Assembly (NCBI GenBank): GCA_947493335.1
Contig: CANLQO010000004.1
Coordinates: 156,531-220,530, forward strand
Source of the DNA: an uncultured Rhodobacteraceae bacterium
GTDB taxonomy: Bacteria > Pseudomonadota > Alphaproteobacteria > Rhodobacterales > Rhodobacteraceae
Direction: 5' to 3'
DNA length: 64,000 bases
In this document: positions 1 to 10,351 of the stretch, one piece after another
Position numbering within the stretch: position 1 is the first letter of the stretch
Layout: each line of letters starts with the position of its first letter
Notes under the pieces: model-generated
What the model was told of the DNA's origin: nothing
Database searches by the model: none
The model's input: the letters and a program-made list of their open reading frames with translations, nothing else
Translations under genes and position numbers: made by a program

Positions 1-17
1 CAAGTCCCATTTGCGGA

Positions 18-1415
18 TTATTCGGCCGCGGGTGCCAAGGTCATATCCGCCTTGGGAAGCTGGATCGCGAAAGTTGTGCCGCTCTCGTCTGTGCGTTGCA
101 ACTCGAGCCGCCCGCCATGGCCACGCACCAGATCGGCGGCAATCACCAGGCCGAGGCCAGAGCCGCCCTTGCGCACGCCGCCCTGGAATGGCTGGAACAA
201 ATGTTCACGGGCACGGGCGGGCAATCCGGGGCCTGTATCGCTTACCGTGATCCACCAGGCGCCATCATCTTCAAAGCCCTTGATGCAAATCTCACCGGGC
301 TGCCCCGTGGCCATAATCGCCTGACGCGCATTGCGCACAAGGTTAAAGATTGCCCGGAACAGCTGTTCACCGTCTGCCCGCAGCATCAATGACGCAGGAA
401 TATCCTCGGCAAAGGACAATGCGTAGTCCGCTGCCGCCAAACGTTCGCTGTCGATCACATCGTTGACGATCTGTGACAGGTTCACGCGACTAAGCGCCGG
501 GGCCGGTTCATCGACCTTGCCAAAGGCCAGCGTGGTCTCACACAGGTTCACCGCGCGGGTGATGGACCCCACCAGCTTGGGCGCCATGCGCTTGACCAAA
601 GGGTCCTCAGAGCTTTCGATCCGGTCGGTAAAAAGCTGCGCGGAGGTCAGGATGTTGCGCAGATCGTGGCTGACCTTTGCCACGGCGCCACCCAACTGCG
701 CCAACCGATCCTTCTGCTTCAGCGATCCGGTCAACTGGGTCTGCATCGACTGCAGCGCCTCTTCTGCGTCACGCAATTCGCGCACACCCGCGCCCGGCTC
801 AATGATCCGTCGCGCGTCCTCGGGGGCTGCGGCATAGCGCTGCATCGACCCCACGACGCCCTTGATCGGACGGACAAGAAAAACCTGCACCGCCACAAAC
901 AGCAGCCCCGCCGTGATGATCGAGATGATGGCGGACAGGATCAAGACGTTCCGCCCATATTCCCACATCGCCTCTTGTAGCGGGTATTGCATCATCGTGA
1001 CTTCGATCAGCAGCCCGCCATCCTGCACCGGATTGCCGATCACCCTGATCACCCGATCCTCGCCATCCAAAATGGTGCGCATCGCGTCCATGATCAGCGT
1101 CATGCTGGTAGGATCGCGCATGTCATAGGTCTGATAAATTGGCGAAGGGATCGGCGAGGAAAGTGCTAACTGCCGGATCTCGTCGCGGCGCAGTACCACG
1201 TTGAAGACGCCCGCGTTCTTCAAAAGCTCAGCTTCCAGTGCGGGCGAGATCATGTCGTCCGCTTCCAACGCCAGCGATGCGATCTGCGCGCGTTCCAGAC
1301 GGGCCAACAGGTAATCCTGCCGGAACCGCGCAACCGAGGGGACAAAGATGAACACCTCTGCCAGCATCACGAAGATGATGGTCAGGATCAGAAATCGACC
1401 TGAAAGGGTGTTCAT
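18..1415 (-). CDS. Sensor histidine kinase (HisKA + HATPase_c)
   Basis: 465-aa ORF. Hydrophobic N-terminal segments, H-box VSHDLRNIL, N box NLVRNARQA, G boxes DTGPGL and GGSGLGL. Confidence 0.85.
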   Translation of the reverse strand: MNTLSGRFLILTIIFVMLAEVFIFVPSVARFRQDYLLARLERAQIASLALEADDMISPALEAELLKNAGVFNVVLRRDEIRQLALSSPIPSPIYQTYDMRDPTSMTLIMDAMRTILDGEDRVIRVIGNPVQDGGLLIEVTMMQYPLQEAMWEYGRNVLILSAIISIITAGLLFVAVQVFLVRPIKGVVGSMQRYAAAPEDARRIIEPGAGVRELRDAEEALQSMQTQLTGSLKQKDRLAQLGGAVAKVSHDLRNILTSAQLFTDRIESSEDPLVKRMAPKLVGSITRAVNLCETTLAFGKVDEPAPALSRVNLSQIVNDVIDSERLAAADYALSFAEDIPASLMLRADGEQLFRAIFNLVRNARQAIMATGQPGEICIKGFEDDGAWWITVSDTGPGLPARAREHLFQPFQGGVRKGGSGLGLVIAADLVRGHGGRLELQRTDESGTTFAIQLPKADMTLAPAAE

Positions 1416-1430
1416 CGTCTTGCTCGTTCC

Positions 1431-2849
1431 TTACGGGATCCAGCGCTGGACGAAACCGACCACGCGCTTGACCTTGTCGCTTTCAAACAGTCTGGGGCTA
1501 AAGTAGGCCCCTGCCGCCCTTTTGTTAACCTCACTGATTGTGGGGTAAGGTAGCACGGTATTGGCAATTGCCGACATTTTCATATTGTTGGCAATGGCCA
1601 TGGCCCACATGCCGATCAGCTCTCCGGCCGTGTGCCCAACGATGGATGCGCCAACAGGTCGCCCGCGTACCACCATCACCTTAATCAACCCCTTGTTCTT
1701 GCGCTCGGCAATCAGGCGGTCGTTGTGATGGAAATCAAAGCGTACAACCTCTAGCTGGCCGCCATATTTCTTCTTGGCTTGCGCCTTTGTCAGGCCGACC
1801 TGCGCCAGTTCGGGGTCCGTGTAGGTGGCCCAGGGGATATGGGTCGTCTTTTGCTTGGATGGCAGGCCAAACAGCAGCGACCGGATCAGAACGCCCGCGT
1901 GATAGCCCGCCACATGGGTGAACTGCAGACCACCAGCAACGTCTCCTGCCGCATAGACCTTCTTGTTGGTGACCGACCGCAAATCGGGCCCCACCTTCAG
2001 TCCGCGGCGGTCATGGGCAATGCCGCCCGCGTCCAGATCAAGCTTGTCGATATTGACCTTGCGCCCGACAGCCATAAGCAGGTGCGAGCCGGTGAAATCG
2101 CCCTTCGGCGTGTGCACGGTGATCTCATCACCCTTGCCACTGATCTTTTCGGCCTGTGCGCCCTCAACGATCTCCACGCCTTCAGCGCGCAGGTTCTCCA
2201 GCACAATCGCGGCCATCTCTGGGTCATCATTACCCATGGCCTTGGCACCTTCGATCACGGTGACCTTGGACCCAAGCCGCACATGCGCTTGCGCCATTTC
2301 CATGCCAATCGGTCCGCCACCGACAACGATCAGATGATCGGGGCGTTCGCGCAGATCAAAGATATCTTCGTTGGTATAGACCTTCACGTCATCAATGCCG
2401 GGGATCGGCGGCACGAATGGGCCAGAGCCGGTGGCCACCACAAAGCGCCGCGCCTCGATGATCGTGTCGCCTGCCTGCACCTCGGTCTTTGAGATGAAAC
2501 GGCCGAATTCTTCGATCACCTGCACGCCCAGACCCTCAAACCGCTCAACGCTGTCGACGGGTGCGATGGTGGCGATCACGTCATGCACGTGGTCTTTTGC
2601 TGCAGCGTAATCGACCACCGGGGTCGCATCGGCTACGCCGTATTTGGCGGTATGTGACATTGCGTGGGCCTGTTTTGCGCTGGCGATCAGCGCCTTTGAG
2701 GGCACGCAACCGTAGTTCAGGCAATCGCCGCCCATCTTGTGGCCTTCCAGCAGGACAACCTTGGCCCCCATCTGGACCGCACCTGCAGCAACGGACAAGC
2801 CGCCAGAGCCGCCACCGATGACGCAAATATCCGTTTTGATCCGGTTCAT
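1431..2849 (-). CDS. FAD-dependent pyridine nucleotide-disulfide oxidoreductase (dihydrolipoyl dehydrogenase / mercuric reductase-like)
   Basis: 472-aa ORF. GGGSGG FAD fold, redox-active CLNYGCVPSK, second dinucleotide fold VGGGPIGMEMA, C-terminal dimerisation region. Confidence 0.85.
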   Translation of the reverse strand: MNRIKTDICVIGGGSGGLSVAAGAVQMGAKVVLLEGHKMGGDCLNYGCVPSKALIASAKQAHAMSHTAKYGVADATPVVDYAAAKDHVHDVIATIAPVDSVERFEGLGVQVIEEFGRFISKTEVQAGDTIIEARRFVVATGSGPFVPPIPGIDDVKVYTNEDIFDLRERPDHLIVVGGGPIGMEMAQAHVRLGSKVTVIEGAKAMGNDDPEMAAIVLENLRAEGVEIVEGAQAEKISGKGDEITVHTPKGDFTGSHLLMAVGRKVNIDKLDLDAGGIAHDRRGLKVGPDLRSVTNKKVYAAGDVAGGLQFTHVAGYHAGVLIRSLLFGLPSKQKTTHIPWATYTDPELAQVGLTKAQAKKKYGGQLEVVRFDFHHNDRLIAERKNKGLIKVMVVRGRPVGASIVGHTAGELIGMWAMAIANNMKMSAIANTVLPYPTISEVNKRAAGAYFSPRLFESDKVKRVVGFVQRWIP

Positions 2850-2852
2850 GAC

Positions 2853-3584
2853 TTAGATCCTTTTCTGGCCGCGCAGGGCCTTGATGACGATAGGAAGGGC
2901 CGCCAGCACACATAGGCCGACGATGGGCAACAGGATGGCGGGTTCAAAGATGATACCGAGGTTCGGCGTCTCGCCGCGGGCAAAGACCTCGCCCAGCCCA
3001 GCGCCCACGGATGTGTAGACGACGGTGCCAGGGATAATCCCGAAGAAGGTCGAGATCACAAAGCGCCGCAGCGGTACCTCAAGGAAAGACGGCACGAGGT
3101 TGGCCATAAAGAACGGCACCGCGGGCACCAGACGGATAAGGAACAGCATCGACCACTGGTTCTCATCAATGCCGTCCTTGATCTTCTTGACGACCCCTTC
3201 AGAGCCTTCCAGCTTGGCGCCAAGCTTTTCACCAAACCCCCAGCGCGCGGCAAGAAAGATTGCCGTCGCGCCAATGGTGGCTCCGGTGATGTTGAACAGC
3301 GCACCGGGGAAGGTTGCGAACAGAAAACCGCCGGTCAGCGTGGCGATTGTGGCCCCGGGAAGCGAAAACGCAACGATCACGAGATAGGCCGCAATAAATA
3401 CCAGGACAGTCAGTAAGTAGTTGTTATCCCGAAAAGATAGCAGCGCCTCGCGATTGTCGCGCAAAGCATCAAATGTCAGGTAATCACGCAGGAAGAAGGC
3501 CCCGAAAATTGCAACGATGGCAATGATAACCAGCGGCAAACGCCGCAGGATCGGGTTTTCGGCGGGGGCATCGGACATGGACAT
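2853..3584 (-). CDS. TVP38/TMEM64 (DedA-related) family membrane protein
   Basis: 243-aa multi-TM ORF. A 3-nt gap to the downstream oxidoreductase gene suggests an operon. Confidence 0.75.
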   Translation of the reverse strand: MSMSDAPAENPILRRLPLVIIAIVAIFGAFFLRDYLTFDALRDNREALLSFRDNNYLLTVLVFIAAYLVIVAFSLPGATIATLTGGFLFATFPGALFNITGATIGATAIFLAARWGFGEKLGAKLEGSEGVVKKIKDGIDENQWSMLFLIRLVPAVPFFMANLVPSFLEVPLRRFVISTFFGIIPGTVVYTSVGAGLGEVFARGETPNLGIIFEPAILLPIVGLCVLAALPIVIKALRGQKRI

Positions 3585-3860
3585 GGCTTTCTCTCAAGGC
3601 GGTCGTTTCGGTTGCACCTTAGATGGACAATCGGACGCAATCCGCATAGTGCGATCACGGGCGCTTGATGGTAGAGGCCCAATCCCAAGGGTTGCGATCA
3701 CATTCTGTAACATTTCGCCGGTGCAGAAAGTCGGAAATGTTGCAGAAACGCTGGGGGAGAGGCGTTGACAGGGCAAGGTCGTCCCCTTAAACGGCAGGTC
3801 TGAATTGCCTTCGGGCCTCGAATCTCTGACAGGTTCGGCCCCTTTAACCGGAGAGACGCC

Positions 3861-3995
3861 ATGAAGCGGACATTCCAACCATCTAACCGCGTGCGCAAGA
3901 ACCGCCACGGCTTCCGCGCGCGCATGGCCACCAAGGCCGGTCGCAAGATCCTGAACAACCGCCGCGCCAAGGGCCGCGCCAAGTTGAGCGCATAA
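3861..3995 (+). CDS. rpmH: 50S ribosomal protein L34
   Basis: Not in the ORF track (44 aa). ATG 3861, TAA 3993-3995. Translation [44 protein letters not shown] is canonical L34. GGAGAG lies upstream and rnpA follows. Confidence 0.95.
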   Translation: MKRTFQPSNRVRKNRHGFRARMATKAGRKILNNRRAKGRAKLSA

Positions 3996-4009
3996 GCGCC
4001 GCTGATCGG

Positions 4010-4429
4010 ATGACAGATTTGGAACCGCCGGTGGACCATAAGGGTGGACCACCGGCGGTTTCCGTTTGTCTGGAGGTGCTCAAGAAACGGGCCGACTTTG
4101 TCGCCACCTCAAAAGGGCGCAGGCACGGGACACAATCCGTACACCTTCAGGGCAGAAAGCGTGCACAACCCGTGCGCATCAAAGGCAAAGAAGATGCACA
4201 TCCCGCGCTGATCCGCGTCGGCTTTACCTGTTCCAAGAAGGTAGGCAATGCTGTCGCCCGCAATCGCGCCAAACGTCGCCTGCGTGAAGTGGCCCGTGCG
4301 GTCCTGCCGACCCATGGCCGCGCCGGTTGGGATTATGTGCTGGTTGGCCGCCCAGATACGACCGGAACCCTGCCACTGCCCCAGCTTCAGGCCGACTTGA
4401 TCCGTGCATTGACCCGGATACACGCATGA
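4010..4429 (+). CDS. rnpA: Ribonuclease P protein component
   Basis: ORF directly after rpmH. Basic motif [18 protein letters not shown] is typical of RnpA. The exact start is uncertain. Confidence 0.85.
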   Translation: MTDLEPPVDHKGGPPAVSVCLEVLKKRADFVATSKGRRHGTQSVHLQGRKRAQPVRIKGKEDAHPALIRVGFTCSKKVGNAVARNRAKRRLREVARAVLPTHGRAGWDYVLVGRPDTTGTLPLPQLQADLIRALTRIHA

Positions 4430-4647
4430 CGCCGCTTGCCTATCTGGTTGCACTGCCGGTCCGCGCTTATCGCATGGTGTTGTCCCCGTGGGTCGGTCAC
4501 GGTTGCCGATACCAGCCAACATGTTCCGCATACGCGCTGGAAGCTTTGGAAAAGCATGGCGGCATCAAAGGCGCATGGCTTGCCGCCCGCCGCATCGGGC
4601 GCTGCCACCCCTGGGGCGGGTCGGGCATAGATAACGTCCCCGACTAG
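4426..4647 (+). CDS. yidD: Membrane protein insertion efficiency factor YidD
   Basis: ATG 4426 overlaps the rnpA stop (ATGA). YidD signature: [21 protein letters not shown]...[14 protein letters not shown]...CHPWGG. The ORF-track start 4327 is an in-frame extension. Confidence 0.9.
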   Translation: MTPLAYLVALPVRAYRMVLSPWVGHGCRYQPTCSAYALEALEKHGGIKGAWLAARRIGRCHPWGGSGIDNVPD

Positions 4648-5525
4648 GGCTTGAGCTGAAGTTCTCCGTTCGGGCGCCGGGACCGGGTCGGCATCGTGGC
4701 TGCATCCTTGCCGGCGAGCGTCAGTGCGACGTCCTGATAGAACAACGGGTCGTCAAAGTAGAAGTTGTGCGATTTCGCCGTGGTCCGGTCCCGCGGCTCT
4801 ACAAAGGTGAAATAGCGCAGGCTGCACGACACATTGCAGACATCAGCATGGGCCCGATCATCGACGCCATCCTTGCCCGCCCTGCGCTTGCCGCCGTTAT
4901 AAACCTTCTGCGACAGATCCAGCACCTGATCCCGCATCGACCGATAGTTCGTCAGCCGCCGCCCGGCTTTGGCCAGCGCATCAGCATAATCCTCGCCTGC
5001 GCGCATATCCCGCCGCGCGACGTCACTGGCTACAAACAGGATCTCATTAAGCGCACCTGCCGAAACCCCGCGCTCCACCAAGGCTTCCGACAACAAAACA
5101 GAGCCCATTGAGTGTACCATCAGGCTGATCTTGGCGGTGGGCCTGTGCTTCCACAGGACACGCAAGCAATCCTCGATCAAGAACGGTGCGGCGGCCTTGG
5201 CAAGTTTCAGATCATCGGGATAAGCGGTCAGCCGGTCGAGGCTGGGCCACTCGAAAGCCACAACCTCGCCAGCAAATTTGGCCCGCCGACAGCCCTGCCG
5301 GATCATGCCAAACCGTTTCATGACTTCTGCGTGGGAATTGTTGTAGCCATGTACAAAGATCAGAATATGGTCGGTCTTGGCCTGCCGAAACACTTCGCGC
5401 GCCCAGAGGGCGGAGCCAAGGTTTCGATATTCGTAAGTCCCAGCCGCAACGCGCACCTTCGCGAGGTGGTAAGTCTTATTTGTTGGCAGGCCGACAAAGG
5501 CGCGGCGCGATGCAAAAAGTTCCAT
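4644..5525 (-). CDS. Alpha/beta hydrolase, DUF900 family
   Basis: 293-aa [16 protein letters not shown] and nucleophile elbow HSMGS match my memory of DUF900. Its stop shares a CTAG with the yidD stop. Confidence 0.7.
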   Translation of the reverse strand: MELFASRRAFVGLPTNKTYHLAKVRVAAGTYEYRNLGSALWAREVFRQAKTDHILIFVHGYNNSHAEVMKRFGMIRQGCRRAKFAGEVVAFEWPSLDRLTAYPDDLKLAKAAAPFLIEDCLRVLWKHRPTAKISLMVHSMGSVLLSEALVERGVSAGALNEILFVASDVARRDMRAGEDYADALAKAGRRLTNYRSMRDQVLDLSQKVYNGGKRRAGKDGVDDRAHADVCNVSCSLRYFTFVEPRDRTTAKSHNFYFDDPLFYQDVALTLAGKDAATMPTRSRRPNGELQLKP

Positions 5526-5578
5526 GAAAGCCTCCGGTCAAATGCCATCAGCCTAGCATGGAATGTCGGATCGTGCCG

Positions 5579-6115
5579 CTACTTCTCGAACGAGATGATA
5601 ACGTCGCCGATATCCACACCAAACCGCTTGACGTAGGCACGGTTCAGCAAACGGTCGTCGGACAAAAGCCACATCCAGTCATCAAAGGTGACGCGCAGCG
5701 TCTCGACCGTGCCGTCCGCCGCTGGCACAGGCAGATCAATCTCGTATTGCCAGTTGAACCGGTTGTCCTGCTCTTGCCCGGTTGCGGTGCCGATCACGCC
5801 GGGGGCCGTGCCTTGCCAGGTGTCCGGGCCGGTTTTGGTCAGGGTCCAGATCCGTTGTTCGGTCGCGCCATCCTCATAGATGAAATCCTCGACCAGCCGC
5901 AGGCGCTGGCCATCCCAATCGCCATTGATCGTCACCACGAAACTGCGTCGCACCGTGCCAAGCACATCCTGAAACTGGCCATAGGCGACCAATTCACCGT
6001 CAAAGAACTCTTCAAGGTTCAGCTTTCGGTCAGGATCAAGGCTTGCGTCCTGAAACGAAGGCTTGCCCGTACAAGCAGCCAACAGGGTCAGGCACATGGC
6101 AAATATCAGGCGCAT
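5579..6115 (-). CDS. DUF3833 family lipoprotein
   Basis: Start trimmed to ATG 6115 (GGAGGA 5 nt upstream). Signal peptide with lipobox MRLIFAMCLTLLAAC. The body resembles DUF3833. Confidence 0.7.
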   Translation of the reverse strand: MRLIFAMCLTLLAACTGKPSFQDASLDPDRKLNLEEFFDGELVAYGQFQDVLGTVRRSFVVTINGDWDGQRLRLVEDFIYEDGATEQRIWTLTKTGPDTWQGTAPGVIGTATGQEQDNRFNWQYEIDLPVPAADGTVETLRVTFDDWMWLLSDDRLLNRAYVKRFGVDIGDVIISFEK

Positions 6116-6208
6116 CGCAGTCCTCCGGGGTTGGCCTTGACCTAGCGCCACCGCTCAACAGGTCAAAACCCCTTTGATTGTGCCACGCCGCGGGGTAAGA
6201 CGCGGCCC

Positions 6209-7054
6209 ATGTTAGATGAAGCCGACGACATTCACCCGCTGTTCTATGGGGCGCCCAAGACGACGGAGTTCAAGAAACTGCGCAAGCGCATCGTTGCAAA
6301 CGTGCGCGAAGCGGTCGAGCAATACGGCATGGTTGAACGCGATGCGCGATGGCTGGTTTGCCTGTCGGGCGGCAAGGACAGCTATACGCTGCTGGCGATC
6401 CTTTATGAACTTAAGTGGCGCGGTCTTTTGCCCGTTGAGCTGATCGCCTGCAACCTTGATCAGGGGCAACCCGGCTTTCCAGCGACCGTCCTGCCGGAAT
6501 TTCTGGAAAAAATGGGCGTGCCGCACCGGATCGAATATCAGGACACGTATTCCATTGTGATGGACAAAGTGCCCGAGGGGCGGACGTTCTGTGCGCTTTG
6601 TTCGCGGTTGCGGCGTGGCAATCTATATCGAATTGCGCGCGAGGAAGGCTGCTCTGCTGTTGTGCTGGGCCACCACCGCGATGACATTCTTGAGACGTTC
6701 TTTATGAACCTCTTTCATGGTGGCCGTCTGGCGACGATGCCACCCAAGCTTGTGAATGAAGAAGGCGACTTGTTCCTTTATCGTCCGCTGGCGCATGTGG
6801 CCGAGGTTGATTGCGAACGCTTTGCGACCGCGATGAATTACCCCATCATCCCCTGTGATCTGTGCGGTTCTCAGGACGGATTGCAGCGTCAGCAGGTCAA
6901 GGCAATCCTTGACGGATGGGAGAAAAACAGCCCCGGCAGGCGGCAAGTGATGTTCCGCAGCCTGATGAATGCGCGACCCAGTCACCTATTGGACCCCAAG
7001 CTCTTTGATTTTCAGGGTCTATCACTATCTGAGAAAGACCCCGAAAGCCCTTGA
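6209..7054 (+). CDS. ttcA: tRNA 2-thiocytidine(32) synthetase TtcA
   Basis: 281-aa ORF. PP-loop SGGKDS and CxxC pairs (CALC, CDLC). Confidence 0.9.
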   Translation: MLDEADDIHPLFYGAPKTTEFKKLRKRIVANVREAVEQYGMVERDARWLVCLSGGKDSYTLLAILYELKWRGLLPVELIACNLDQGQPGFPATVLPEFLEKMGVPHRIEYQDTYSIVMDKVPEGRTFCALCSRLRRGNLYRIAREEGCSAVVLGHHRDDILETFFMNLFHGGRLATMPPKLVNEEGDLFLYRPLAHVAEVDCERFATAMNYPIIPCDLCGSQDGLQRQQVKAILDGWEKNSPGRRQVMFRSLMNARPSHLLDPKLFDFQGLSLSEKDPESP

Positions 7055-7117
7055 CCTTTGGGGCTTTCGGGTTGAAGAAACCCCACGTTTTTTGGGACAA
7101 ATGGGCGGCACCTTTCG

Positions 7118-8935
7118 ATGGAAGAGCAAAATAGAAACCTGATCCTCGCCACCGCGTTGAGCTTTCTGGTTATTCTGATCTGGTTCTGGCTGTTCCCCCC
7201 TGAAGAGGTCACGCCCCCCCCTGTTGACGCTGCAGCGACCGAGCAGTCCGAAGTTGGCGTGCCAACGGTCGACGCCACAACAAATGCCGCTGAAACCGCC
7301 CCGGCCGAAGCCGCCGCTGTTGACGCGCCCCGCATTGCGATCGAGACGCCGCAGCTCAATGGCACGATCTCGATGCAGGGTGGCCGGATCGACCAGCTTT
7401 CGCTGACCCAATACAATGAAACACAGGCCGAGGGTTCCCCCACGGTGACGTTGCTTAAGCCCGAGGGCGAGCCAAGCGCCTATTATTCTACCTTCGGCTG
7501 GGCAGGTGTCGAAGGCATTGATGCCGTCCCCGGCCCAGACACGATCTGGTCGGTCGAAAACGGCGAGACGCTGACCCCTGAAACACCTGTGACGCTGGCG
7601 TGGGACAACGGCGCTGGTCAGATTTTCCGCACCGAAATCTCCGTCGATGAAGACTTTATGTTCGCCTTTGCGCAATCGGTTGAAAACACCAGCGGGGATG
7701 CGGTCAGCCTGCGCCCCTATGGTTTGATCCGGCGTCACGGCGAACCACAGGATATGAAGAACTTTTTCATCCTGCAGGAAGGCCCGCTTCAGATGAGCGA
7801 TGGCGTTTTGGAGTCTTATGACTACGACGACATCGCGGGCCTGCGGGTCAACGAACAAGAACGCGTCCCTGCCGAACGGGTTGAGACGACATCCGCCAGT
7901 TGGCTGGGCTATACTGATCATTATTGGCAGACGATCCTGATCCCCGATCAGGCGACACCGTTCAGGTCGGTGCAAAAATACTTCCCCAGCCGCGACATCT
8001 ATCAGGCCGAGGCCGTGATGCCGGTGCAGACCGTGGCCGCGGGTGCATCTGTTACTGTCACCACGCAGCTCTTTGCGGGCGCCAAGGAATGGGAAGCCAT
8101 TCGCAACTATGAACGGGCGGGTGTTGAACGGTTCCTTGATAGCATCGACTGGGGTTGGTTCTTCTTCCTGACAAAGCCGATCTTCTGGCTGCTGCACCAG
8201 CTGAACCTGATCATCGGCAACATGGGCTGGGCGATCATCGCGCTGACCGTCGTTATCAAGGCCGCCGTGCTGCCGCTGGCGTGGAAGTCCTTTGTTTCCA
8301 TGGCCAAAATGAAAGAGCTTCAGCCAGAGATGGAGAAGCTGAAAGAATCTGCTGGCGATGACAAACAGAAGATGCAGCAGGGCATGATGAAGCTTTACAA
8401 GGATAACAAGGTGAACCCCGCCTCGGGTTGTCTGCCGATCCTGTTGCAAATTCCGATCTTCTTCAGCCTATACAAGGTGATCTTTGTCACCATCGAATTG
8501 CGCCATGCGCCGTGGTTCGGCTGGATCAAGGATTTGTCCGCGCCCGATCCTTCGTCCATTTTCAACTTCTACGGACTGGCGCCTTGGGACAGCCCCGAAC
8601 CCGGTTCGATCCTGGCGCTTTTGTTCATCGGTATTCTCCCGCTTCTGCTGGGTATCTCCATGTGGCTGCAGCAAAAGCTGAACCCGGCCCCAACAGACCC
8701 CACGCAAAAGATGATCTTTGCCTGGATGCCGTGGGTCTTCATGTTCATGCTGGGCAGCTTTGCCTCGGGCCTTGTGATCTACTGGATTGCGAACAACGTG
8801 ATCACCTTTGTCCAGCAGTACACCATCATGCGGATGAACGGTGCCAAGCCCGACATCTTTGGCAATATCCGGGAATCCTTCAAACGGGACCCCAAGCCTG
8901 CCAATGACACCAAAGCGCCAAAAGGCGATAAGTGA
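7118..8935 (+). CDS. yidC: Membrane protein insertase YidC
   Basis: 605-aa ORF. N-terminal TM, large periplasmic domain, conserved C-terminal insertase core (GCLPILLQIPIFFSLY). Confidence 0.95.
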   Translation: MEEQNRNLILATALSFLVILIWFWLFPPEEVTPPPVDAAATEQSEVGVPTVDATTNAAETAPAEAAAVDAPRIAIETPQLNGTISMQGGRIDQLSLTQYNETQAEGSPTVTLLKPEGEPSAYYSTFGWAGVEGIDAVPGPDTIWSVENGETLTPETPVTLAWDNGAGQIFRTEISVDEDFMFAFAQSVENTSGDAVSLRPYGLIRRHGEPQDMKNFFILQEGPLQMSDGVLESYDYDDIAGLRVNEQERVPAERVETTSASWLGYTDHYWQTILIPDQATPFRSVQKYFPSRDIYQAEAVMPVQTVAAGASVTVTTQLFAGAKEWEAIRNYERAGVERFLDSIDWGWFFFLTKPIFWLLHQLNLIIGNMGWAIIALTVVIKAAVLPLAWKSFVSMAKMKELQPEMEKLKESAGDDKQKMQQGMMKLYKDNKVNPASGCLPILLQIPIFFSLYKVIFVTIELRHAPWFGWIKDLSAPDPSSIFNFYGLAPWDSPEPGSILALLFIGILPLLLGISMWLQQKLNPAPTDPTQKMIFAWMPWVFMFMLGSFASGLVIYWIANNVITFVQQYTIMRMNGAKPDIFGNIRESFKRDPKPANDTKAPKGDK

Positions 8936-9690
8936 TGGCCCGTGTCGCCAATCTCTGGCGGCATCCGATCAAGAGCCACGGACGCGAGGCGCTTGAGCGT
9001 GTCGCGCTGACTGCCGGCGAAGCCATGCCGTGGGACCGTCATTGGGCCGTCACGCACGGACAGTCGAAGTTTGACCATGACGATCCGCAATGGGTCATGT
9101 GCCGCAACTTCATGATCGGCGTTGTCGTCCCCGGTCTTGCGGGCATCTGGGCCAATCTGGACGAAAAAACCGGTCGGATCACGCTGCGCCACATCGCCTT
9201 GGGTGAGATCACGTTCAGCCCGGATGACGCCTCCGACACGGCCCGCTTTCTTGACTGGGTCGCACCGCTGAGCGCCGATGTCTCGACCAAACCCACCGGG
9301 CTTGCGTCTGTGGGGCGACGGGGGATGACCGACAGCGCCTATCCTTCGGTTTCGGTGATGAACCTGGCCAGCCATGCCGCGGTGTCGGCCCGCCTTGGCG
9401 GTGCGCTTGAGCCTGAGCGGTGGCGCGGGAATATCTGGCTCGACGGGCTTGCCCCATGGGAAGAAATGGAATGGACCGGTCGCGAGTTGTCCATCGGTGG
9501 CGCACGTCTCGTCGTGCGTGAACCCATCCGCCGTTGCAAGCACACCATGGCCAACCCAGTGACCGGCAAACGTGACGCCGACACGCTGGAGGTGTTGGAA
9601 AATACCTTTGGTCACCAACACTTTGGCATGTATTGCGAAGTCATCGCTGGCGGTGATATCGCCCTTCAGGACGAAGCAAAGGTGCTGTGA
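8935..9690 (+). CDS. MOSC domain-containing protein
   Basis: ATG 8935 overlaps the yidC stop (TGATG). MARVANLWRHPIKSHGRE N-terminus and conserved Cys in PIRRCKHT are typical of MOSC. Confidence 0.8.
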   Translation: MARVANLWRHPIKSHGREALERVALTAGEAMPWDRHWAVTHGQSKFDHDDPQWVMCRNFMIGVVVPGLAGIWANLDEKTGRITLRHIALGEITFSPDDASDTARFLDWVAPLSADVSTKPTGLASVGRRGMTDSAYPSVSVMNLASHAAVSARLGGALEPERWRGNIWLDGLAPWEEMEWTGRELSIGGARLVVREPIRRCKHTMANPVTGKRDADTLEVLENTFGHQHFGMYCEVIAGGDIALQDEAKVL

Positions 9691-10340
9691 TGGAACTGCG
9701 GTTTCCCGAAATTGAAACACCCGATGACGCGGCCCTTGAAAAAGGGCGGCTGCTTTTCGCGGGTGAGACCGAATTCCTCAAGGGCGTCGTTGCGATGAAC
9801 GGACTGCCGCCCGCTGACCGGGTCGAAGTGTGCTTTGCAGGGCGATCCAATGTGGGAAAATCCAGCCTTATCAACGCACTTACGGGTCGCAAAGGCCTTG
9901 CGCGCGCCTCCAACACGCCGGGCCGCACGCAGGAAATCAACTTTTTCACCGCAGGCGAGATCTATGTCGTCGACTTGCCCGGCTACGGTTTTGCCAATGC
10001 CCCCGTGGCGGTGGTGGAAAAGTGGCAAAGGCTGCTGAAACAATACCTGTCAGGTCGCCAGACCTTGCGGCGGGTCTTTGTCCTGATTGACGCGCGCCAT
10101 GGTGCAAAGGCCGTGGACGAAGAGATCATGACGCTGCTTGATCGTTCCGCGGTCACCTTTCAGGTGGTCATGACCAAGATCGACAAGGTCAAGGGCCCCG
10201 CTCTGGCCGAGGCGTTAACGCGAACCCGCACCGCACTTGCCAAGCATCCGGCGGCCTTTCCCGAACTGATCCTGACCAGCTCTGAAAAGGGCGACGGCAT
10301 CGCCAACCTGCGCGCTGTGATCGCAGGGATCGAAGCATGA
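9690..10340 (+). CDS. engB: Ribosome biogenesis GTP-binding protein EngB/YihA
   Basis: ATG 9690 overlaps the MOSC gene stop. G1 [10 protein letters not shown]3 DLPGYG, G4 TKIDK. Confidence 0.9.
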   Translation: MELRFPEIETPDDAALEKGRLLFAGETEFLKGVVAMNGLPPADRVEVCFAGRSNVGKSSLINALTGRKGLARASNTPGRTQEINFFTAGEIYVVDLPGYGFANAPVAVVEKWQRLLKQYLSGRQTLRRVFVLIDARHGAKAVDEEIMTLLDRSAVTFQVVMTKIDKVKGPALAEALTRTRTALAKHPAAFPELILTSSEKGDGIANLRAVIAGIEA

Positions 10341-10351
10341 GGAAGCAAGAC

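Noticed and set aside
5611-5621. DnaA-box-like GATATCCACAC. I looked because rpmH/rnpA/yidC often flank oriC.
   Set aside because: It is a single imperfect box inside the DUF3833 coding sequence. There is no box cluster, no AT-rich unwinding element and no dnaA/dnaN nearby.
7025-8449. Long ORFs antisense to real genes. Examples: 7025-8449 opposite yidC, 10160-11254 opposite argB, 19122-19877 opposite the GSR kinase, 21722-22591, 23568-24524, 34477-35358, 38736-39731 opposite ftsK, 41613-42377, 57324-58088, and the upstream 300 codons of 54705-55943 opposite dapE.
   Set aside because: These are typical GC-rich shadow ORFs. Their translations are Arg/Gly/His-rich and low in complexity. Each is fully overlapped by a gene with clear family motifs.
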